Of a DNA stretch of 64,000 nucleotides, positions 40,349-52,796 are shown piece by piece (positions within the stretch are counted from its first letter, which is position 1; every line of letters starts with the position of its first letter). The notes under the pieces were generated by a model. The model ran no database searches. It had not been told where the DNA came from and worked only from the letters and a program-made list of their open reading frames with translations. Position numbers and translations under genes: made by a program. The stretch covers positions 6,944,001 through 7,008,000 of the forward strand of contig OX597823.1 of NCBI GenBank assembly GCA_951406725.2, written 5' to 3'. The DNA comes from Octopus vulgaris. Lineage: Eukaryota.

Positions 40349-40747
40349 GTAGGGTAAATTTTTATGTCTGTGGTATAAAATATTGCTAGATATTTAATTT
40401 TTATATTTGGCAATGTTGATAAAAAAGATAAATGTCTGTTGATCTTTAACTTTTGGCAATTATGAAAAATGTAAGAAAGATATTTATGATTTCAAAAATT
40501 CTATATAAATTATTGGAGAACATTTTGCTTCCTGATTATTTAGACTGGAGAAAGAGATTCATATATCTTATGAAATCAAATATCTTGACTCAAACCTCAA
40601 TATTTTGAAGCGATAAATTTATTATCAAGTAGTTCAAAATGTATAATTGCAAAATATGTTGCATTTGATAGCTCTTTCTGCAGTTTCATTGATGATGCTT
40701 ATTTACAATCAAAATTTTCTCTTTTATGATGCTTACTCTAATATAAT

Positions 40748-41165
40748 CTTACTCTTTACTCTTTACTCTTTTACTTGTTTCAGTCATTTTGATTGTGGCC
40801 ATGCTGGAGCACCGCCTTTAGTCGAGCAAATCGACCCCGGGACTTATTCTTTGTAAGCCCAGTACTTATTCTATCGGTCTCTTTTGCCGAACTGCTAAGT
40901 GACGGGGACGTAAACACACCAGCATCGGCTGTCAAGCAATGCTAGGGGGACAAACACAGACACACAAACACAAACATACATATATATATATATACATATA
41001 TACGACAGGCTTCTTTCAGTTTCCGTCTACCAAATCCACTCACAAGGCATTGGTCGGCCCGGGGCTATAGCAGAAGACACTTGCCCAAGATGCCACGCAG
41101 TGGGACTGAACCCGGAACTATGCGGTTGGTTAGCAAGCTACTTACCACACAGCCACTCCTGCGCC
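40748..41165 (-). mobile_element. SINE family A, full length
   Basis: Complete head, microsatellite and tail; approximate TSD TATAATCTTAC/TATATTCTTAC. Confidence 0.92.
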
Positions 41166-41469
41166 TATATTCTTACATTTCTTTCTTACATTTTATAATT
41201 GCCGATATTTTAACCCTCTCAAAGTACCAATTCATAATTTCTTATAGCTATTTAACCATATGGTTGGGAGGCAAATTCTTACCACAGTCACACCTCTGTA
41301 TATAATGGGTACAAGTTTAGCCATGTGGTTAAAATGTTTGCTTCCCATTCACTTTGGCTTCAGTTCCACTGCAAGCCACTTTGGAAAAATGTTTCCTACT
41401 ATTGCCCTTGTCCAATGCAGGCCATGTGATGAGTAAATTTAGTTGATAGAAACTGAAAGAAGTCCATCA

Positions 41470-41504
41470 TATAATATATATGTATGTATGTGTGTGTATA
41501 TATG

Positions 41505-41543
<39 letters not shown>

Positions 41544-41625
41544 CTGTGTATGTATGTATGTATATATGTATGTGTGTATATATGTATGTATATATATGTA
41601 TATATATATATATGTATGTGTGTGT

Positions 41626-41661
<36 letters not shown>

Positions 41662-41682
41662 ATATATATGTATGTCAGTATA

Positions 41683-41720
<38 letters not shown>

Positions 41721-41725
41721 TATAT
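41470..41725. repeat. Compound (TA)/(GT)/(TATG) microsatellite
   Basis: Direct inspection; it lies behind a degenerate family A head at about 41305-41465. Confidence 0.95.
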
Positions 41726-41884
41726 CTACACTCTCGGAGTGGTTGGCCTTAGGAAGGGAATCCAGCTGTAGAAACTCTGCCAGATCAAGATTGAAGCCTG
41801 GTGCAGCCATCTGGTTCGCCAGCCCTCAGTCATTCATCCAACCCATGCTAGCATGGAAAGCGGACGTTAAACAATGATGATGAT
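41726..41884 (+). mobile_element. Family B 3' part embedded in (TA)n
   Basis: CTACACTCTCGGAGTGGTTGG...CCAACCCATGCTAGCATGGAAAGCGGACGTTAAACAATGATGATGAT. Confidence 0.85.
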
Positions 41885-41886
41885 AT

Positions 41887-41948
<62 letters not shown>

Positions 41949-41952
41949 TTGC

Positions 41953-41983
<31 letters not shown>

Positions 41984-42000
41984 ATGCTGTAAACTACATT

Positions 42001-42815
42001 TCAAGTTCTACAGTTAATGCCAGGGCTAATCCTACATACCATGCAGTTATCATTGGTGCATATGGTATTCTCAAAGGGGGACATCCTACATAGTTGTGAT
42101 CTGACGGATTTCCCTGGCTTTTTAACAATCTTAATGTTGAGTTTGGTCTCCTTCAGAGTTTTTCTAAATCTACGGGCTTGTTCTCCATGGGCTGTGGCCT
42201 CTACAAACATCACTCCTTGATATTTGTCGGTTTTATACCACGTGTTCACCCTGTTTGCTTTGTCACAAGTTCTTTATATCCTATTCCATTCTTTGTTTCT
42301 ATATCTAGGGCAGGTGCCACTGGTATCATTACGTATAATGTTATCTAATTACTTTCTAGCCCCCCTGTATACACAAACCCTATCTTTCTGATCATATCCA
42401 GAGAACTGCATGCGGTGCATGAAGTTCTGTATATGTTTTTTCGTTTCATAAGGTTTGCATAGTGGAGACACATTGTTCATTATTCTAACTAAGTCTGCTA
42501 TTAGTTTGTTAATTTTCATGTTGTGTGACAAAGCCGAGTTCTTGTGAACAACATATTTTGAAATTATGGGTTTCATGTAATAGGAGTGGAGGAGCTGCAC
42601 TCTATTGTTCACATTCTCTAACCAAAGTTCAATATCAAGTACAGGGAGTCTATTGTTGAGGTGCTTAGTGGGGTAATCTATAGTTACCTTGATACTTTGG
42701 TGGATTGAGTTAGCTATTTGCTGGATGCTCTCCATTATGTTCTTCTCAGTTTCTACATTACCGTCACTAGAGGTGGTCCTAGCTATGATATTAATGTCAT
42801 CTACATATCTACTGT
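42001..42815 (-). mobile_element. Penelope-like element (Neptune-type) RT thumb and Cys-rich linker fragment
   Basis: One frame with two stops: RYVDDI...LPVLD...YYMKP...SA...RMQFSGY...GTCPRYR..W...VMFV...PF...C-x4-C-x2-C-x7-CR. Confidence 0.8.
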
Positions 42816-42831
42816 TTATATATATATAAAC

Positions 42832-43225
42832 GGCGCAGGAGTGGCTGTGTGGTAAGTAGGTTGCTAACCAACCACATGGTTCCGGGTTCAGTCCCACTGC
42901 GTGGCATCTTGGGCAAGTGTCTTCTGCTATAGCCCCGGGTCGACCAATGCCTTGTGAGTGGATTTGGTAGACGGAAACTTATAGAAGCCTGTCATATATA
43001 TGTATATATATATATATGTGTGTGTTTGTGTGTCTGTGTTTGTCCCCCTAGCATTGCTTGACAACCGATGCTGGTGTGTTTACGTCCCCGTCACTTAGCG
43101 GTTCGGCAAAAGAGACCGATAGAATAAGTACTGGGCTTACAAAGAATAAGTCCCGGGGTCGATTGCTCGACTAAAGGCGGTGCTCCAGCATGGCCGCAGT
43201 CAAATGACTGAAACAAGTAAAAGAG
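42832..43225 (+). mobile_element. SINE family A, full length
   Basis: GGCGCAGGAGTGG...AAACAAGTAAAAGAG. Confidence 0.92.
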
Positions 43226-43978
43226 TATATGTGTGTGTGTATAGTAATTACTTTCTCCAGACATAAAGTATGTACTAGTTATAAAAGTCTTGTAGGAGAA
43301 GAATTGCATCTATACTGCAGTGAGTGTGTCTTCTCCAGCTATCTATTATGCACATAAAACCACCGAATGCATGAAAATATATTTTTTTTAATGCCACTTA
43401 AATTGCAAAACAGCATGACTGAGTCGTGTTTTGAAGCTATCTGCCATATGATTTACCTTCATGTCACAAGACAGCAATTAATACAATGTGTCTTTTACTA
43501 GTGTTATATTTCATCAAAAAAGGATAACTCGCCTCTCTTTTCAAACTACTTCTCTATTTCTGACACTGTAACCATTTCATTAAACATTATAATGAAATCA
43601 AAACTGTTGCTGTTATAGAAAGATACAAATATGTCTAAATGAATTGTTTCTTGCTACACAATTTTTTGATATACCTATGCAAAGTCTTTCACCAAAATCA
43701 CTGGACAACCTTAAAAACCTGTTATCTGTGAAATTCCCTCATTCTTTTCACTATATGCCTTCTTTTGATTACACTATAACTCTTTACAGTTTGAACCTAA
43801 TACAGTTTTCTCTGTTATGGTCCAGCTGTTTCAGTGAGGGAGTCTCTATATATGAACTTGTGTTGTTCAGTGAGAATTGTCAGAAATTAGTGAAATAATT
43901 CTTTGATCAGCTGCTGCTCTGCCAATTGTCCTCTAATACAGGGCTATCTGGGGGACTCAACACCATTTTTCTTATTGT

Positions 43979-44018
43979 TACAGTCATATAAAGCAGTGTA
44001 CTGCTTTATATGACTGTA
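43979..44018. repeat. Perfect inverted repeat, 19-bp arms, 2-nt spacer
   Basis: TACAGTCATATAAAGCAGT-GT-ACTGCTTTATATGACTGTA. Confidence 0.95.
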
Positions 44019-44134
44019 TTGGAATCTATACACAAATGAATATTGGTAACCCCTTTCAGAAAACTATTGAATTGCTTTGATATATCCTGTGAGCATCTTT
44101 TCAAAGTGTGCATTTCTTCAGAACTCAACCTCAC

Positions 44135-44347
44135 TTATATTGGTTTCAGATTTTGGTACAAGGCCAGCAATTTCAAGGAAAGGGGGAAATCGATTACATC
44201 AACTTCAGTGTGCAACTAGTATTTATCTTATCAATCCTAAAAGGATGAAAGACAAAGTTGACCACAGCTGAATTTGAATTCAGAATGTAATGATGGGTGA
44301 AATGCCGCTAAGCATTTTGCCTGGCCTGCTAACCATTCTGCCAGCTA
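44135..44347 (-). mobile_element. Degenerate SINE family D
   Basis: Colinear with 23781-23995 (AAAGGATGAAAG..AAAGT.GACC...AATTTGAA...TTCTGCCAGCT). Confidence 0.7.
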
Positions 44348-44377
44348 TTGTCTTTCTCAGCCTCACTTATATATACA

Positions 44378-44420
<43 letters not shown>

Positions 44421-44423
<3 letters not shown>

Positions 44424-44578
44424 GCACGTAAAAGCACCCACTACACTCATGGAGTGGTTGGCGTTAGGAAGGCATCCAGCCGTAGAAACATTGCCAGATA
44501 AACTGGGCCTGGTGCAGCCTTCTGGCTTCCCAGACCCCAGTTGAACCGTCCAACCCATGCTAGCATATATGATGATGA

Positions 44579-44582
<4 letters not shown>
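44421..44582 (+). mobile_element. Family B 3' part embedded in (TA)n
   Basis: GTGGCACGTAAAAGCACCC...CCAACCCATGCTAGCAT...GATGATGAT, flanked by (TA)n on both sides. Confidence 0.85.
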
Positions 44583-44620
<38 letters not shown>

Positions 44621-46761
44621 ATGGTTATTTACATCCTCTTAATTGTTCAGTTTTATCACTATCTACATAATTCTTACTCATCTTTCTTGCTCCTCCATTC
44701 TGGAACTCTAATATAATCTTCCTTGGATCAATAAAAAATTGAGATTTTTCTAGTAATTAAACGAATGACACCATTGTTATCATTGTAATTATCTTTAAAC
44801 AGTATTTTGTGAGAATAATAAATCCAACTGCATATCCCCTTTTAAAAGTGTGCATTCATTTTGCCTATGTGAAACATTAAGCAGTGAAATATACTATGAG
44901 ACAATTATAATTTCTTCCAGTTAAATTTTGCTAGATTTCAATAAAAGCACTTCTTTATGAATTCTTTTTCTATTGTGGTATTCAATATTTATAAAAATCT
45001 TTGTGTCAACTAAATAGTGTCAGTTTATTTCCCTATCTGTCTGCATCCATAATTATTTTATATTTCAACATTATATTCTATATTGCTAAGTTTATTTCAT
45101 TACTTACAGCAAATTGTCTGAGGCTTCTCTTCTCCTAGAAAGAATAATATTTATAAGCATTCACTTATGTTTTTAATTATACCAATCAATTCTTCTTACC
45201 CCATTTTCCAATTTTCCATAAGCAGCTTTCCCAAATGCTGTTTGATATATTCAATACAATCCGATCAGGATTTTTTTAAATTGTACCTTTCACTTTTTTG
45301 TGATACAATCCAGTTGATTAATGATCTAATCTGTTGGTGCCAAGTTAGATGCATGTCTTTTTATATTGATCCTCTTCATTTACATTTATATTAATCTTGC
45401 AAATCAATTTTCCACCCACTTTACTTCCTCTTTCATGTCACTTTCCCTTTTTATAATAGTTTATTCAACTAACCTGTTAGGAAGCAAAAGCATTTGTTCA
45501 GAATTTTAATGTATCTTAAATTTTATTCATTTTCTTATTTGTAATGTTTGTTTTTCTCATTTATACCCACTCTCTTTCTATACTCTGACTTTATTTATTT
45601 ATTTAATCATTATTTAGTAGATTGAAATGTTGCTCTCTTTTTATATTACATATCAAGAAAAAGAATGAACTTACAATTTGAGGTCATAAGCACAAAAAAT
45701 AGAAGACAGATTAAGTCTGATGATCTTCAATTTAAAATGCTATTGAAAATACATAAATTAGAGAAAAAAGATGCATGATTAGTCTCTTGTTGAAAATCAT
45801 TGTGTTAGGAGTAGTTAAGAATATGCTTGTAAATATATCAATGCAATTTAGGGAATGCATAACAGCATCTTCTTAATGGCATAGTCGTCATAGTCCTACA
45901 AATAATGGAATATGGATGAAGAAGTAAGAGCCTAGCAAAAAATAAAATATTTATCTTAATACAATATCTGAAAAACAGTTAAATGCCATTTGAAGTTTAT
46001 AGACAACACTCTGAAAACATGTTTCTTTTTTAGTTAAGTATGTGAATATGAAATAGAAATTTTTATATGTAGTTTTATTAATATTTCCTGGTTGTAGTAT
46101 TTAACATTCTTATATAATTTTTTTAGTTAATATATGACTTCCTTAATCTCCAAATAAATTTTACAAAAATATTTGCAACAACTAGTTTTTGTACCTTAGG
46201 AGGTATGTATATGTGTTTGTGTTCACATATATATTTAGTATTTACACTTTAATCTTTTATGTAAACAGCATTTAATACAGTCTGTGAAAATTCTGAAAGA
46301 GACACCAATTCAATCTTTTGAAGCTTAACTCATGAGCATACATATTGAAACTCATAATGCTCCCATATCCTATGTTAGTACATATGTATTTTTTATCTCC
46401 TGACCCTGCTAATCCTAGAAGCAGAAGATAAGCAGGTCAAAGAAAGTCAGTCCAATTAATGTGTTGCTTCAGTACTGTAGATTGTTAATTAGAAGGAATA
46501 AATGAATACAGAACCTCAAATGTTGTCTTTGGGATGGATTGTAGGATTTAAGTGCAATAGGGAAACCAACAATTTAGGTTTAGTATGTAGTTCTGAATTG
46601 ACAGAAGACAAGCTCAGAGAAACAATACGAACAATAACAAAATGACAATTTTTAAGCAGACACGAACAGGGGTCATTACATTGTGAAATGTATCATTTGC
46701 TGTGAAAGACTTCCCAGAAGCCTCAATGCAGACTTCATCATTTTGTTAGATGTTAAGAATA

Positions 46762-47001
46762 GGCGCAGGAAGTGTGTGTGTATATGTTTGTGTGTCTGTG
46801 TTTGTCCCCCTAGCATTGCTTGACAACCGATGCTGGTGTGTTTACGTCCCCGTCATTTAGCGGTTCGGCAAAAGAGACCGATAGAATAAGTACTGGGCTT
46901 ACAAAGAATAAGTCCCGGGGTCGATTTGCTCGACTAAAATGGTGGTGCTCCAGCATGGCCGCAGTCAAATGACTGAAACAAGTAAAAGAGAGTAAAGAGA
47001 G
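46762..47001 (+). mobile_element. SINE family A with the tRNA head internally deleted
   Basis: GGCGCAGGA is joined directly to the GT microsatellite, followed by an intact 3' body. Confidence 0.85.
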
Positions 47002-47618
47002 TTCAATTAATTTTGAAAATGACAAGAAGTTTGATGTGAAGTTAAAAGGCACTCATTTAAAAATGGATTTAGTATTAAGAATTATTTTAGGGTGATTTTC
47101 ATTTACAGTGTCATAAGGCTTTATAAAAGGCTCAGAAAACTTTATAGGTTTATTAGGTATCTAACCATGATCTGTCAAGCTTTCATTTTCTCAAATTTTC
47201 TTGATAAAAGATTTTTTTGTGTTCAGAATATTATTTTATGAAAATTTGCTCTATTGGAGTTTCAAGAGATGTGTAATTCCAACATTGAAAGATTATTAGA
47301 TTCTGAAGTTGATAATTTTTTGAGCAATGATAATTCAGAAACAAATAGATTATTTAGTTGATTGTCATGTTTTTATATAGATAATTTTAGTACATTTTAA
47401 AAAAACGCTTTTAACTTTTACATTACAGTGAATATTCACTAATAATGTGTCCTTTCAAGAAAAAAAAAAAAAATGATTTGACTTATTAAGTTAACTGAGA
47501 CTTAGTTATTTTGGGCAGTTCCTAATAATTTTGTAAGATATTGATTTTATCATAATGTAAGCATTTTATCCCCATGTTATTATATAATGGTTTATGTACT
47601 ACTATTATTATTATTATG

Positions 47619-47650
<32 letters not shown>

Positions 47651-47730
47651 GATTCCCTGAAGGAACAGTGTGCATTAAGTGCCAAATGTTTTTTTAAGGT
47701 ATGATGAATGTAGTAAAAGGAAAATAATAA

Positions 47731-47767
<37 letters not shown>

Positions 47768-48049
47768 TCTCACACTCATATACACACTCTCTTACTCTAA
47801 GTAATTATGTAGTATTTTCATTAATTCATTTCCTGTTAATAGCACAAAAAATGCCTCATCATCAAATATAGGAGCAAATCATCATACAATGACCAGTAAA
47901 AGTGTATACTGACCGATGTATAATACTTCACTACAGTTTTTTTTTTTCTTAATGCTAAATAAAGGACATACATACATACATACATACATATATATGTATA
48001 TATATATATATAAGAGACCATGGACTGCATATGTATGTATGTATATATA

Positions 48050-48083
<34 letters not shown>

Positions 48084-48514
48084 AGATCATGAACTGTAAA
48101 ACTGATTGGAATAGTCTTTATTTCGCTAAATAGATCTGAAAGCTGCAGCCAGTATTATTTTGTTTTTAGTTGAATGCTACATAAATGAGAAAAACCTTAC
48201 ATGAATATATTGAAAAGCAAAAAAAAAAAAAAAAAAAGAAAGAAAAAGAGAGAAAAAAAAAAGGCATAAATATGATTACTTATAAATATTTATATACACA
48301 TAACGTTCAAGTAGTGTAAATACTTATAAATGTTATAAGACTGATAAAACCTTTAACCACTTTTCTAACTTGCATTTAACTGAAGCAATATGATCTTCAT
48401 TATAACTAATCATCGTTGTTAATACAATTACTTTTTAAAAGTAATTGTGTTTAAAACTGTTACTGCTGTCTCCTTTTTTGATGTCTCTATCTTCTATTTC
48501 GTCTCTTTTATAAT

Positions 48515-48553
<39 letters not shown>

Positions 48554-48605
48554 AATGTTTAAAGCATTGCATTTAAGAAAGAAGACAACATATTTGTAAA
48601 CTTTG

Positions 48606-48657
48606 GCCACAGAATTAGAATGTTAAATGAGCTCATTTAACATTCTAATTCTGTGGC
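48606..48657. repeat. Perfect 52-bp palindrome with no spacer
   Basis: GCCACAGAATTAGAATGTTAAATGAG|CTCATTTAACATTCTAATTCTGTGGC. Confidence 0.97.
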
Positions 48658-49053
48658 AAAAATATTATCACAGATTATATCTGTAATCATATTTGTTTAT
48701 TTTCTGTCGTATTTTGAGAATAATCTGTGTAAGCTTATAGTTTTAATGATACTGACACATGCTGTAATTGGAGTGAGCAGAATCCATATCTTTTGTCTGT
48801 TTCGACTAGAGAATTAGGCTAAATCAGTGATGTTATTGTGTTTCGTAAACACTTTGGTGTGACGTGTCATTGATGTCAATATTCAGTTTTTTTATGTTTA
48901 GTGACATCACCTCAAGAAACACAGTACTATGCTGGAATATAACAATTGACCCCAAAGGTTTTCTTTTTTGCATTCTTTTTTTTTTTTTTCTGGCCACAGA
49001 TCATTATTAATTGTCTGTATATAAATATGCATTTCCATTTTTTTTAAATTTAG

Positions 49054-49091
<38 letters not shown>

Positions 49092-49149
49092 CACACACAC
49101 ACATACTCTTCATATCTTTAGTTCTTTCATAGGATTATATACATATATA

Positions 49150-49184
<35 letters not shown>

Positions 49185-49360
49185 CATGTTTTCTAGTTCT
49201 TTCATAAGATTCTAAATTATACTGGCTACATTTCTTTGTAACTATATTTTATGTCACTTTCGTACCAAATTAGTCTCGTCTCTTTAGTAGTTATCCCATT
49301 TTTATGTTAATATCAGTATTTGTTAACTGTTAATTGAGTAAAACAAGAAATAGTTGGACA

Positions 49361-49703
49361 CATCATCATCATCATCATCATCATCATACGTCTGCTTTCC
49401 ATGCTAGCATGGGTTAGACGGTTTAACTGGGGTCTGGGAAGCCCGAAGGCTGTACCAGGCCAGTCAGATCTGGCGGTGTTTCTACAGCTGGCTGCCCTTC
49501 CTAACGCCAACCACTCCGTGAGTTTAGTGGGTGCTTTTTATGTGCCACCGACACAGGTGCCAGACGAGGCTGGCGAACGGCCACGCTTGGATGGTGTCTT
49601 TTACATGCCACCGGCACGGAGGCCAGGCAGGGCTGGCACGGCCACAATCGGATGGTGTTTGTTACGTGCCACCAGCACGGAGGCCAGTCAATGCGGTGCT
49701 GGC
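49361..49703 (-). mobile_element. Family B element with internal repeats
   Basis: (CAT)n tail, B body and about 3 GC-rich modules. Confidence 0.85.
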
Positions 49704-50112
49704 TACACATTTTTGTTATTTTTTTTGTGTAGCCAGGAGAGCAAATAATGCCTATGACCCTTCATAAGGCCCTTGTGATAGGCAGGTTGGAGGAAGAAAT
49801 GTATCTTCAAAGAAAGTCCTGACCTAAATTCTTACAAATGGAATGCATTTCACCAAAGGTACTCAATATGTCAGGAGGTTGTTGTGAACTGAGCAATAAA
49901 TTAAACCTTGTTACCCAATTAAGTTATTGTGAGATTTGAACTCAGTATGCTAAGATCTAGAACAAATATTACAAAGTATCGTTTTTGATGCTGTAATGTT
50001 TTGCTTGTCTGCCACTCTAGACTGGTACTTTATTTATCGATCCTAAAAGGATGAAAAGTAAAGTTGACCTTGAGGGGAAAGTTGAAATGGCAAATAGAAT
50101 TTTTCTAGAATA

Positions 50113-50388
50113 TCATTATCATCATCATCATCATCATTTAGCGTCCGCTTTCCATGCTAGCATGGGTTGGATGGTTCAACTGGGGTCTGTGAAGCCTGAA
50201 GGCTGCACCAGGACCAGTCTGATCTGGCAGTGTATCTACGGCTGGAGGCCCTTCCTAATGCCAACCACTCCGTGAGTGTAGTGGGTGCTTTTTTACGTGC
50301 CACCCGCACAGGTGCCAGACGGGGCTGGCAAACGGCCACGGATAGATGGTGCATTTTACGTGCCACCGGGGTGGTGCTTTTTACGTGC
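50113..50388 (-). mobile_element. Family B element with internal repeats
   Basis: (CAT)n tail, B body and three TTTTACGTGC module starts. Confidence 0.85.
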
Positions 50389-50615
50389 AAATCACCACCT
50401 TCATTTTTCATGCTTTCATAGTTTATATTTGTATGCAAAACCTCTTCAGTCAGCATGCTTTATTAATATATCTTGATAACTCAATCATTTTGACAACAAT
50501 ATGAAATATCTATTTACAAGTGTCTGGGGTGAGTCATATGACTTAAATGCAATGAGTAACCAAGATCATGCTCTTATATTTTCCCAGTCTTTTTTTCATG
50601 TATTATTAATGTATT

Positions 50616-50908
50616 GTGGAGGTGCAATGGCCCAGTGGTTAGGGCAGCGGACTCGCAGTCGCAGGATCGCGGTTTCGATTCCCAGACCAAGCGTTGTGAG
50701 TGTTTATTGAACGAAAACACCTAAAAGCTCCACGAGGCTCCGGCAGGGGGTGGTGATCCCTGCTGTACTCTTTCACCACTCTTTCTTCTGTTGGCCTGCT
50801 TGCTTAGCCAGCGGGGTGGTATCATTTGAAGGCTAAAACAATGCGAACGCATTGTGACCAGCGATGTGTAACAACATCTGATGGTCTGGTCGGTCCCGTG
50901 ATCCCGTG
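50616..50908 (+). mobile_element. SINE family C, full length and young
   Basis: A box TGGCCCAGTGG, B box GGTTTCGATTCC, CpG-rich, (TCCCGTGA)2 tail, perfect 11-bp TSD ATTAATGTATT at 50605-50615 and 50909-50919. Confidence 0.9.
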
Positions 50909-51510
50909 ATTAATGTATTATTCTGATTTTTAAACTGAATTTTTTACATAAATTTATCCAATCACACAATTATTCTCTGTTCTTTGCATAATAATAAAAT
51001 TGCAATTTCCAAAACATTTTCCAAATTATATAAATGCAATTTATAGTGTAAATGTTAAATAGCCAAATACAGATATTGAATTATCACCTTATGTCTAAGT
51101 TGCAAGATCATATCTGCTACTGGCATTTTGCTGTTTTTTATGTAGAGTACTTAATTCTTCATAAATCAGTCTACATTGCTATAAGCATTGTTTTATGAAA
51201 ATATGAATGAAAGAAACATCATTTCCATACATCTAATATAGTTTTAAAATCAATTTTCTAAGACAGAACTTCATCTGCACATCTTACAAGTTATCAGAAG
51301 TTCATATAAATTTGTATAATATAAAATAGACATTGGGAACTTTTATCATTATCATCATTTAATGTCCACTTTTCCCCACTCACATGGGTCAGATGTAATT
51401 TGTTGAGGCAAATTTCCTACAGTCAAGTGCTCTTTCTGTCACCAACCCTCACCTGTTGCACTGTAAGTGGGAATTAAAATGAAGAAGTGATGTTGGGTTG
51501 TGGGCGGGTC

Positions 51511-51568
<58 letters not shown>

Positions 51569-52796
51569 TTTTGAAAAGATCAGAAATCTGGGGTGGAAGG
51601 GGAACAAAAGCAGAGCTAAAAATTGAAGAAACTGGAGCAAAAAAGATAAGTTGAAGAATTCAAACAAAGAAGTGGAGGGGTAAGCAGAAGGAACAGTAAA
51701 AACTATTCAAATATAAATTTACTCATTAGATATTCTAAATTTGAAATGCATGACTTTTCTTTAGCTCATGGCAGGAAATAAGATGATATACAAACATACA
51801 CTTACACACATTCATCTGTACTTGGAAAGAATATGCCCACTTACACACATATTTGCATAGCTGCATGCTTACATGGACTTATATGCAAGCATAAGTATGT
51901 AGGGGTGTAAAATATAATGGTTGGGTGGTTAAAAACTTCATTTCACAATTGTGAGATCCTATGTTCAATTCCACAATGAGACATCAGAATTTACTTACTC
52001 TGCAGCATATTAGAATGAAGGAGAGAAAGAATCGCTAATTGCAGATGTGTGCTTTAGAAGCATGGCATGAAGACGGGAACAAGCTGAGATTCCAGTTTAG
52101 GTGCAGCTAAGAACAAAGGAATGCTCAAATAGTTCATGTTGATTATTTCTCTCTTGAAGGAGATAGGTGGGTGCTTAGGGGTATTTGAAATGATTATGGT
52201 ATCCTATTTCAGAAAGATGTTAAAAGAAAACAGTGTATGGAAAGAGCCAGGTCATGTGAGGCAAGGTGAATTCTCAGTCCCCACTCAGTTGTGTGTTTGG
52301 TAGGAGTGTGGTTGTCCAACGGATGGCTTGTTTAAAAGCATAATCTGTGATGGTTGAAAATAACACCGGCAAGGTAAAAAGAATGCGGAAGTTTATTAAA
52401 GTATATGCATGGCTTCCACTCACTGTAGCAAATCTACTGCTGGTCTTATAAGTTGTCATCTTCAATATTAGTTACCTTAATTGACAGATAGTTTTTTTTT
52501 TCTTTTTAGGATAAATAAATTGAACTTAATTAAATAAACTATTTTCAGATTTTCTACACTGAAAGTCATGAAATTCAAAGTCTCTTGAAAAAAGTCAGAC
52601 TTGGTTTGTCCTCTTCTGTCACTCTTCTATTAATATGGTGTTGATGGAAATCATCCTAGGTTTCTAATTAAATGTAAGACCTTAGAACTGATATGAGAAT
52701 GTGATATTCATACTTTATATTTTTCTCAGTGACATTAGTGAAGTAAATTGTCTTCATTTCAGAATCAAAATCCATAAGTTTTTCCATATGGAAAGT

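Noticed and set aside
40349-40356. Alternative donor AGG|gtaaat 5 nt downstream of the exon end
   Set aside because: Would include the in-frame TAG and break phase with the 54648 exon; no evidence of use.
50616-50695. tRNA-like sequence with A and B boxes (also the heads of families A and D)
   Set aside because: Continues into a SINE body with a tail and TSD, and lacks a complete acceptor stem; not a tRNA gene.
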